DNA from: Candidatus Thorarchaeota archaeon
GTDB lineage: Archaea > Asgardarchaeota > Thorarchaeia > Thorarchaeales > Thorarchaeaceae
Length of the DNA: 34,228 bases
NCBI GenBank assembly: GCA_020348985.1
Contig: CP070761.1
Coordinates: 98,023-132,250, forward strand
Direction: 5' to 3'
Numbering within the stretch: the first letter of the stretch is position 1; each line of letters opens with the position of its first letter. Positions 27,187 through 34,228 of this stretch are shown here, piece after piece. A program made the position numbers and the translations under genes. Below the pieces are notes generated by a model. The model was not told where the DNA came from. It searched no databases and saw nothing but the letters and a program-made list of their open reading frames with translations.

Positions 27187-27542
27187 TTGAAGTGGATTTT
27201 GAAGAAAGGAAGGTACTAATCATCATCAGAAGCAGGCCTTTTGGCACAATCATCAACTTTGAGGGTTGGAGAGCTGCCGTAGGAATGATTGGCATGGATC
27301 ATGAACCAACGATGTTGTTCATGGGTGATGGAGTTTACTCTCTGCTGAGAACCATGGATCAGACTCCCATTCAAATGTTCAAATCCACATACGAAGGGTT
27401 TGACGGGAGAATCTGTGCGAGCAAGGAATCTCTGGAAGCCCGCGGAATCAGTCATTCAGATATCTTCGACGATGTTGAGATTCTGGATGAGCGCGGCATT
27501 GGTCGAGAACTGACTGAGAATGAGGTCTTCTTGACATTCTGA
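27183..27542 (+). CDS. dsrF: DsrF/TusC-family protein
   Basis: PFGT..FEG.R, LFMGDGVYSL, SLEARG; GTGA overlap with dsrE. Confidence 0.85.
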   Translation: MIEVDFEERKVLIIIRSRPFGTIINFEGWRAAVGMIGMDHEPTMLFMGDGVYSLLRTMDQTPIQMFKSTYEGFDGRICASKESLEARGISHSDIFDDVEILDERGIGRELTENEVFLTF

Positions 27543-27554
27543 GGTGGTGCAGGA

Positions 27555-27854
27555 ATGAAGTACTTGATATGGTTATCTCATGACACAAGCAGTATTGGTG
27601 AACTATGCAGACCACTCCTAGGTGAGGGACACGAGGTTGGAATCCTGCTAATTCAGGATGGAGTATTCATGCTTGACCGTGGCTGCCCTCTGTCCAAAGA
27701 GCTCCAGGGTATTGCTGCAACAATCTATGCTTTGAAGGACCACATCGATGAGCGCGGCATTGGAAGTCGACTTGTCGTTGAGGCTGAGCACATTGACTAC
27801 AACCAAATGGTAGAGTTGCTGATGGAGAAGTATGACAAAATAGTCACTGCGTAG
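27555..27854 (+). CDS. dsrH: DsrH/TusB-family protein
   Basis: LLIQDGV, YALKDHIDERG, IDYNQMVEL; RBS GAGGTG. Confidence 0.88.
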   Translation: MKYLIWLSHDTSSIGELCRPLLGEGHEVGILLIQDGVFMLDRGCPLSKELQGIAATIYALKDHIDERGIGSRLVVEAEHIDYNQMVELLMEKYDKIVTA

Positions 27855-27865
27855 AGGCAGTCTCC

Positions 27866-28747
27866 CTAAAGGCCTCTTGTGTATTGGGGGCGAAGCATGC
27901 TTTCGTCACCCTCGTCTATAATCCTTCTCAAGATCGAAAGTATCCCTTCCTTGTCTTCGTCTAGGGTTCCTCCAATAGGGAGGTAATTCGAGGCATGATT
28001 CGTTCTGAACACGCAATTCGTGAGTTCTAGGTTCTCAACAAGCGTTCTGAGTTCTTCGAGAATCTCCATTGGAGCCATAGGAAGGAATTCTCCTCGTTGA
28101 ACCATTCCGTGCAATGGGGTTCCATCGGGAATCATCAGAGTCAGCGCACCGACGTATTCGGGATCTATGGCGTTGAGGGCACGAGCAGTTGCGATAGCGT
28201 GTCGATGAGAGTTCTCTTTTCCACCAAGCCCAAGTATAACTGTCAGTGAAAGCGAGATTCCGGCATCTCGAATTCTGGTACAAGCTTCGATGTTCTCTCG
28301 CGAGCTGATGCCTTTCCTCACCCACTGAAGCAGCTCATCGTCACCTGTCTCTATGCCCAGATAGACAATGCCTAGGCCAAGATTGTGCAGTTCTCGAAGC
28401 TCTTCTGATGTCTTTGTTGTAACATCCTTTGCATACCCATAGATGCCTACTCGGGCAAGACGTGGAAGCCTGTCATGAAGCACTTCCAGAACGGCTCCTA
28501 GTTCGTCCGATTCCATCACTAGAGCGTTTCCGTCCGCCAGAAAGACTCGTGTCACATTCTCCAGGATTCGCTGGGGCAGAGCTGCCAAATCATCTTCGAT
28601 CGCTTTCGCGCCGCGCAACTTGTACCTCTTCTTCTTGTATGATACACAAAATGTGCATGCATTGTGGGAACAGCCTATTGTCGCCTGGAGTATCAGGCTT
28701 CTTGCCTCACTTGGTGGTCTCCAGATAGTTCCTTCGTATCTTGGCAT
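27866..28747 (-). CDS. Radical SAM protein (uncharacterised subfamily)
   Basis: RPPSEA, CSHNACTFC (CxxxCxxC), FLADGNAL, FRTNHASNYL. Confidence 0.92.
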   Translation of the reverse strand: MPRYEGTIWRPPSEARSLILQATIGCSHNACTFCVSYKKKRYKLRGAKAIEDDLAALPQRILENVTRVFLADGNALVMESDELGAVLEVLHDRLPRLARVGIYGYAKDVTTKTSEELRELHNLGLGIVYLGIETGDDELLQWVRKGISSRENIEACTRIRDAGISLSLTVILGLGGKENSHRHAIATARALNAIDPEYVGALTLMIPDGTPLHGMVQRGEFLPMAPMEILEELRTLVENLELTNCVFRTNHASNYLPIGGTLDEDKEGILSILRRIIDEGDESMLRPQYTRGL

Positions 28748-28934
28748 CCCTTTCAACTGCTAGAAAGATTCCTTGAGCATCGGCTTTTCTAGATTGTCGT
28801 ATATGGGATTGAGTGTCAAAAGTAGTCCACTTACGCTGATACCAATGCTCTTAAAGCGAAATCCTGTTGGACTTCCAATAATTCATGCATCCTGCTGTTC
28901 ACAGGTTTCTGTGAATCACGGAGGCACCAAAATC

Positions 28935-30362
28935 ATGTTTGACGAATTGCAGCGAAGTGTAGAAGCTGCAGAGAAGATGGGTGCTGAATTTGTTGAGGCA
29001 CGATTTGAAGACCTCACACTTAGAACCCTTGAACGTACTGATGACATCTGGAAAGATATCCAGATCAAGTCACGTATGGGAATAGCGATTACAAGCTATG
29101 TAGAGGGGGTCACGGGATTCTCTTTCTCTGCAAGCACGAAGACAAGTGATATTCTAGTAGCGGCCGAGAAGTCTGTCAAGATGGCGAAGGCGTCGTCCTC
29201 CGCAGCAAAGTTGAAACTGCCGTTCGAGGACGGAGACCCTATAGAGAGCAAAAGCTCTGATACACTTTCAGTCAAGATCCATCCACGAGACCAAGATTTG
29301 GGTTACAAAACTGACCTTGTCAACAGGATGGTAGAGACTGCAAGGGAGCACGGAGAGAGCATTCGAAACATACGAGGGCTCTACGGGGAACTCTATGGGA
29401 CCAAGCAACTGGTCAACAGCGATGGCTCCAAGATTGACTGGCAGTTTCTGGTGACAGATCTTCGAGTTTCTGTCACGTCAATGACCCAATCAGGAGCAAT
29501 GGTTAGGGGCGCCGATGGGAAAGGCGGTACACACGGCCTTGAGATATTCAGTGAGGACGAAACGACTCCAGAGGCAATAGGTGAAGCAGCTGGAAGTAGG
29601 TCAAAGGAGCAGCTAAAGGCCAAGGCCTGCCCAGCTGGGAAGTTCAGATCCCTAATTGAGAATCGACTTGTTGGTGTATTGGCGCATGAAAGCTTTGGCC
29701 ATTTGAGCGAAGCTGATTTCATCGTCACCGGCGGCTCTCCTCTGACGGAAAAGCTGGGCACAACTCTCGGAACTGAGCACGCCACCATTTATGATGGTGG
29801 GAACGTGGACATTGACAAGTACGGCGGCTTATGGTTGCCGTATGACGATCAGGGAATTCCGACATCAATAACAACGGTTCTTAAAGAGGGAGTTCTGAAA
29901 CACTACCTTCACAATAGGGGAACTGCCGCAAAGGTCGGTCAAGATGTCACGGGCAACGCCAGGGCAGTCACTTTCGCCTATCCACCGATATGTCGGATGA
30001 CTAACACCTACTTCGCACCTGGCGACCTGACTGAAGAGGAGGCACTAGAGCTTCTTGACACAGGGGTCTATGCTATTCAAAGCATGGGCGGCCAAGTTCA
30101 AGGCGACGGGAGCTTTCTCTTCAAAGCGATACGTGGTTATTGGGTAGAGAGGGGGCAGATACAATATCCAATCCGCGAGGTGGCTCTTTCCGGCAATATC
30201 CTAGAGTTGCTATCGAAGGTTGAAGGCGGCACAAAGGAGCTAAAGCTAAGCTCTGGTTACTTCGGTGGTTGTGGAAAAGGCGATCAGTTTCCGCTACCGA
30301 CTGGATTGGGTGGCCCTATGCTAGTAATAGATGGCGTGACATTTGGAGGGGAAGCCGGTTAG
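28935..30362 (+). CDS. tldD: TldD family metalloprotease
   Basis: HESFGH, YDDQG, RMTNTY, CGKG-Q. ATG 28935 after GGAGG (the track's 28773 start is over-extended). Confidence 0.93.
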   Translation: MFDELQRSVEAAEKMGAEFVEARFEDLTLRTLERTDDIWKDIQIKSRMGIAITSYVEGVTGFSFSASTKTSDILVAAEKSVKMAKASSSAAKLKLPFEDGDPIESKSSDTLSVKIHPRDQDLGYKTDLVNRMVETAREHGESIRNIRGLYGELYGTKQLVNSDGSKIDWQFLVTDLRVSVTSMTQSGAMVRGADGKGGTHGLEIFSEDETTPEAIGEAAGSRSKEQLKAKACPAGKFRSLIENRLVGVLAHESFGHLSEADFIVTGGSPLTEKLGTTLGTEHATIYDGGNVDIDKYGGLWLPYDDQGIPTSITTVLKEGVLKHYLHNRGTAAKVGQDVTGNARAVTFAYPPICRMTNTYFAPGDLTEEEALELLDTGVYAIQSMGGQVQGDGSFLFKAIRGYWVERGQIQYPIREVALSGNILELLSKVEGGTKELKLSSGYFGGCGKGDQFPLPTGLGGPMLVIDGVTFGGEAG

Positions 30363-30377
30363 TTGGAGGTGAAGAAG

Positions 30378-31772
30378 ATGGATTATGATAGTCTCAAAGA
30401 TGAACTTCTATCAATTGCCGACACTGGCCTAAAGTACGCAGCTTCTTTGGACAAGTCAGCTGAATTCGAGGTGTTCCTCTTTGTTCAGAGTGACATTGAA
30501 GCGGGTATCAATCAAGGCGTTGTGACTGCCAAGGATGGAATAGTGATGGGCAATGCAGTACGAGCAGCTAGGGGCAAGAAGGTTGGATTTGCTTGCGGGA
30601 GTGGTATTGATGCGGAACGCGTCAGACTGAGCGCTGATGAGGCATTCGGCATCGCAAACAGCATTGATGTTGAAGACGAGAGATTCGAAGGATTCTGTGA
30701 CTCTGGAGCTTCAGGAAAAGAAGGGAATTTCGCAAAAGAAATCCTGGAGCTTGGTACTGAAGAGCTTCTCAGGTCGTGCGAAGAGATCATCAAAGAAGCA
30801 CAGTCTGTTGACGAACGCGCCAAGATCATCTCAGCCGATGCAAGCGCATCTTGGGGCGGATATGCTGTTGCCAACACACGCGGACTCCTCCTAGGAACGT
30901 CATATGGAGACAATGGCTGTTCAGCCAACGTACAAGCAATCGAAGGTGATGAACGCAAGGGTGCGTTTGAATTTGATGTAACAAGAGAGCGTGTCTTCGA
31001 AACTAGCGGCCTTGGAAAGAAAGCAGCTGAGGAGGCAGTGGCGTTGCTTGGCGCGAAGAAACTGGATCTTACAACGAAGATGCAGACCATCTGGACACCA
31101 GTTCCAGCCTCACTCTATGTCATGTCAAGTCTGGGACAATCGGTTCTTGGGCAACCAGTTGTTGAGGGTATATCGCCTCTATGCGATAGGATCGGGGACA
31201 GGATTGCTCACGAGGGATTGACGGTCGTTGACGATGGGCAGAAACCATCAGGTCTAGGCACAAATGCTATCGATCACGAAGGAAATGCACAAAGAAGAAA
31301 TCCAATCATAGAAAAGGGCGTTCTGAAAGGATTCTTGTTCAACACATACTTTGGCAGAGCATTTGGTGTCGATTCCACTGGCAACTGTGGACGTGGTAGC
31401 TCCCCCTTTGGAGGAAGCACTCCGTACGAGAGCACCCCTGGCGTAGCTCCAAAATGGTTCGAAGTTTCACCTGGGAAGTCATCCGAAGAGGACCTGATTT
31501 CTTCTGTTGATGAGAAGGCCATAATGGTTAAGGGATTTCCTCTGGGGATATTCCACACCAATGTGAGTACTGGAGAATTCTCAATTGTCGCCGGCGAGGC
31601 ATATCTTGTCGAAAAGGGTGAAGTGAAGCATCCCGTTCAGCCAGTTTCGATAGCAGGTAGCTTCTATGATGGATTCAAGAACCTAACCGGAATTGGCAAT
31701 GATGTGTTGCCAATGCCTTGGGGAGTCGAATCGCCCGCGCTGGCCATTGATGGTTTCTCGATTGTAGGATAG
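30378..31772 (+). CDS. pmbA: PmbA/TldE family protein
   Basis: DHEG, STGN, TGEFS, no HExxxH motif; ATG 30378 after GGAGGTGA. Confidence 0.92.
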   Translation: MDYDSLKDELLSIADTGLKYAASLDKSAEFEVFLFVQSDIEAGINQGVVTAKDGIVMGNAVRAARGKKVGFACGSGIDAERVRLSADEAFGIANSIDVEDERFEGFCDSGASGKEGNFAKEILELGTEELLRSCEEIIKEAQSVDERAKIISADASASWGGYAVANTRGLLLGTSYGDNGCSANVQAIEGDERKGAFEFDVTRERVFETSGLGKKAAEEAVALLGAKKLDLTTKMQTIWTPVPASLYVMSSLGQSVLGQPVVEGISPLCDRIGDRIAHEGLTVVDDGQKPSGLGTNAIDHEGNAQRRNPIIEKGVLKGFLFNTYFGRAFGVDSTGNCGRGSSPFGGSTPYESTPGVAPKWFEVSPGKSSEEDLISSVDEKAIMVKGFPLGIFHTNVSTGEFSIVAGEAYLVEKGEVKHPVQPVSIAGSFYDGFKNLTGIGNDVLPMPWGVESPALAIDGFSIVG

Positions 31773-31779
31773 AAACAAG

Positions 31780-31814
31780 GAACGGTCGGGCCAGTTGAGC
31801 TCGGCCCTCCGTTC
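31780..31814. terminator. GC-rich hairpin between convergent pmbA and M32 genes
   Basis: GAACGG-TC-GGGCC-N10-GGCCC-T-CCGTTC. Confidence 0.5.
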
Positions 31815-31849
31815 ATTCTATCTGCAAAATGCGCCGATTTGAGACTATT

Positions 31850-33370
31850 CTAGGTTTCGTAGAGCGATGAATACTTCTCCTCGATGTAGGCTAGGAATGG
31901 TTTCGAAGTCAGCTTCTTTCCAGTCACACGTTCGGCTAGGTCACCAGGGTCGTAAAGATTCGATGTTAAGTAGATACTCTTTGTCAACCATTCTTTCACA
32001 AGTCCGAATTTGCCGGCCGCCATTTCATTCAGCCACTCCGGATTGTCCTTGTTCAATTGCTCAAGGAGCATGCCTCCATACACATTACCAAGAGCGTAGC
32101 TTGGAAAGTATCCGAAGTAACCGAAAGCCCAATGAATGTCCTGAAGCACTCCTTCAGTGTCATTCTCTATCTCCACTCCCAAATACTTCTCGTACTTCTC
32201 GTTCCAGACCGAAGGCAAGTCGGTTACATGGATCTTTCCAGCCATCAAATCTCTCTCTATCTCAAATCGCAAGATTATGTGAAGTGAGTACGTGACTTCA
32301 TCTGCTTCAACCCTGATTTTGGACGGCTTCACAAGATTGGATGCACGAACGAATTCCATAAGGCTCACGTTCGAGAATTGACCATCAGTTATTGCGTTGA
32401 GTTTCGGTAAATAGTACCTCCAGAACTCGGGAGAACGACCGACCATGTTCTCCACGAATCTCGACATTGCTTCGTGGATTCCGCTACTAGAAGAAGTTCC
32501 AAGCGGAAGGTACTTCCAATCCTGATTGAGGTGTTGTTCGTATAATGCATGTCCAGCTTCATGTAACATCGCGAAGAGAGCCGCGCCAACATTCTCTTCA
32601 TAATAGTGGACTGTGACCCGAACGTCATCGTAGTAGCCAGTTGTAAACGGATGCTCTGCCTCGTCTATTCGTCCACCTGCTTCCTTTGAGGTCACATCAT
32701 AATGCACGACCTCAGCCAGGTCTTGCATGAGCTTACGCTGAATGTCGATAGGCACCTTCACTTTGAGGAAGCTTGTGTCGACCCCGCTCGAAATCTCAGA
32801 GTACTTCTTCACTAACGGGACCAGCCCGTTCCTGAGCTCACCAAAGACGTTTGAGATTACATCCTGTGTCATCTTGGGCTCATAGTCGTCAATCATTGCG
32901 TCGTAGAGGGTTTTTGCATCCTTTACCTCCATTAGAAGCTCAGCTCGCTTCTTTGTGAGCTCAATAGTCTTTTCCAACTCGGGTTCGAACTTCTTCCAGT
33001 CTGCGTTAGCTTTTGCATCTCTCCACTTGGCTGTGGCAGTGGTTTGCTGCCTTGCTAACTCGGCTACCAGCTCTTCGGGCAGCTTTGTAGCCTCATCATA
33101 CTGCTTCTTGAATAGGTAAACGTCCCTTGCTTGTGGCTCATCAAGCGATTCCTGTTCTCTCTCAACTTCCTTGAGAATCTCTCCCACATCTTTTGCCGTG
33201 AGCATTCTGTGGCCTATCTTCTGAAGCAGGGCATTTGCTTCACCTCTCTGTGTTACCCCTTTGGGAGGCATGTATGTCTCAAAATCCCATCCGAGAATGC
33301 TTCCGATTGTTGTAAGCCCGAGTAGTTCCCTCGACTTTCCTTTCAGTCTTTCATATGCACTGATCGACAT
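31850..33370 (-). CDS. Carboxypeptidase, M32 family (Taq/Pfu-like)
   Basis: HPF, DVRVT, HEAGH, HEAMS, IRVEADE, GVLQDIHW, GYFPSY. Confidence 0.96.
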   Translation of the reverse strand: MSISAYERLKGKSRELLGLTTIGSILGWDFETYMPPKGVTQRGEANALLQKIGHRMLTAKDVGEILKEVEREQESLDEPQARDVYLFKKQYDEATKLPEELVAELARQQTTATAKWRDAKANADWKKFEPELEKTIELTKKRAELLMEVKDAKTLYDAMIDDYEPKMTQDVISNVFGELRNGLVPLVKKYSEISSGVDTSFLKVKVPIDIQRKLMQDLAEVVHYDVTSKEAGGRIDEAEHPFTTGYYDDVRVTVHYYEENVGAALFAMLHEAGHALYEQHLNQDWKYLPLGTSSSSGIHEAMSRFVENMVGRSPEFWRYYLPKLNAITDGQFSNVSLMEFVRASNLVKPSKIRVEADEVTYSLHIILRFEIERDLMAGKIHVTDLPSVWNEKYEKYLGVEIENDTEGVLQDIHWAFGYFGYFPSYALGNVYGGMLLEQLNKDNPEWLNEMAAGKFGLVKEWLTKSIYLTSNLYDPGDLAERVTGKKLTSKPFLAYIEEKYSSLYET

Positions 33371-33425
33371 CCGCTCTTCACCTAATGTTCCAAGTTGGAC
33401 CTGACTCGCACGAAATCCAAACTCG

Positions 33426-34228
33426 TTATTTCTCTTCCGGACTTGGAAGCGGAATCATCGTTTCGTCGAGCTGAGATGGGTCATCTGAGCCAGTAGGCAT
33501 GTTGATGATTGTGATGCCGACAAGAACAAGTATGAGCCCTACAATGAAAGTCCAGTAGATGGGTTCAGCCAATACTAGGACAGAGAAAAGTACTCCAAAT
33601 ACAGGAACCAGGTTGATGAACACACTTGCATTTGTCGCTCCGATGTTCTTGATTCCGATGAAATAGAAAGCAAAACTCAAGAAGGTGACTCCTGCGCCGA
33701 GATACAATGCATTCAGCCAGAATAGCGGTTCGAGCATCACAGGTAGAGTCCAAAAGCTGTCAGTCGTTGCTGTTAACCCGAACAGGAGACAACCAATCAA
33801 TACTCCCCCAGAGGTCGCTTCAAAGGAAGACATAGTCTTCATTGCTTCCTTGCCAATTGAAGAGTAGACTCCCCAAAGAATCATTGCACACACTATGATA
33901 AGATTCCCAATCAGATAGTCCAACTGGAAGTCCAATATCGTTTGGACGCCTACAACAAAGATGACTCCGGTGAAACTGACTGGAAACCCAATGTACTGCC
34001 ATCGTCTTGCGAGTCTCTCATTGTGCATCACATGAGCGAACAAGCTCACTGTCACCGGATTCAATCCGGCGATTATTGACCCTTGTGCAGATGTGGTGAA
34101 CTGCATCCCAAAAAGGAAGAACACTCCATAGCCGAAGATTCCGGTCAAGGCCAACATTAGGTACATTCTAAGGTTCCTTTTTGATAGACGGTAACCGTCT
34201 CGCTTTCTCAGTGCTGTTATCACAACTA
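33426..34228 (-). CDS. DMT/EamA family transporter (5' truncated by the window edge)
   Basis: Repeated EamA halves; GIKNIGATNASVFINLVPVFGVLFSVLVLAE. Confidence 0.92.
   Translation of the reverse strand, partial: VVITALRKRDGYRLSKRNLRMYLMLALTGIFGYGVFFLFGMQFTTSAQGSIIAGLNPVTVSLFAHVMHNERLARRWQYIGFPVSFTGVIFVVGVQTILDFQLDYLIGNLIIVCAMILWGVYSSIGKEAMKTMSSFEATSGGVLIGCLLFGLTATTDSFWTLPVMLEPLFWLNALYLGAGVTFLSFAFYFIGIKNIGATNASVFINLVPVFGVLFSVLVLAEPIYWTFIVGLILVLVGITIINMPTGSDDPSQLDETMIPLPSPEEK

Noticed and set aside
28773-28934. N-terminal extension of TldD
   Set aside because: The strong RBS and family-like N-terminus begin at 28935; this region is the divergent promoter.
27866-31772. RiPP cluster (radical SAM + TldD/E)
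   Set aside because: No precursor peptide, YcaO, SPASM or RRE domain; the genes are divergent and belong to common housekeeping families.
31780-31817. Hairpin as a SECIS element; selenoproteins generally
   Set aside because: Both flanking genes end in TAG. I found no in-frame TGA at a catalytic Cys position in any redox gene; their motifs use Cys codons.
1076-33867. Many 60-190 aa antisense or alternate-frame ORFs (e.g. 2534-2956, 16258-16680, 30512-31090)
   Set aside because: They lie within well-supported genes, have Ser/Thr/Pro-rich shadow composition and show no motifs.
1-34228. CRISPR array, IS/prophage, tRNA/rRNA
   Set aside because: No regularly spaced repeats, transposase/integrase motifs or cloverleaf signatures were seen by eye; tRNAscan or Infernal would be needed to exclude short RNAs.

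Overview
Gene-dense archaeal chromosomal segment with about 36 CDS. I see no rRNA, tRNA, CRISPR array or transposase. GGTGA/GGAGG ribosome-binding sites, TTG/GTG starts, TATA-like boxes, an oligo-T terminator and 24-aa 'IDLxPLxxC' leucine-rich repeats suggest an Asgard archaeon, most likely Thorarchaeia (inference, not checked by search). Two themes dominate. (1) Peptide and amino-acid catabolism: NSS transporter plus small subunit, IorAB, TldD/PmbA, M32 carboxypeptidase, isoaspartyl peptidase, DMT transporter. (2) Thiol, sulfur and iron redox: two TrxB-like flavoproteins, glutaredoxin, PDO, a Trx-like protein, two ferritin-like proteins, HxlR, DsrEFH, Fe-S proteins, radical SAM. The best leads for novelty are: an orphan protein with HPPK/CitX-like motifs head-to-head with a metallophosphoesterase; an NSS transporter with Lys at the LeuT Na1 site; two ESCRT-reminiscent modules (a steadiness-box-like ABC ATPase tail and a membrane-anchored Vps22-like winged helix); and a repeated ferritin-like + thioredoxin-fold pairing. 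All family assignments come from motif recognition by eye. Several starts were moved from the ORF track to codons with better RBS or homology support.
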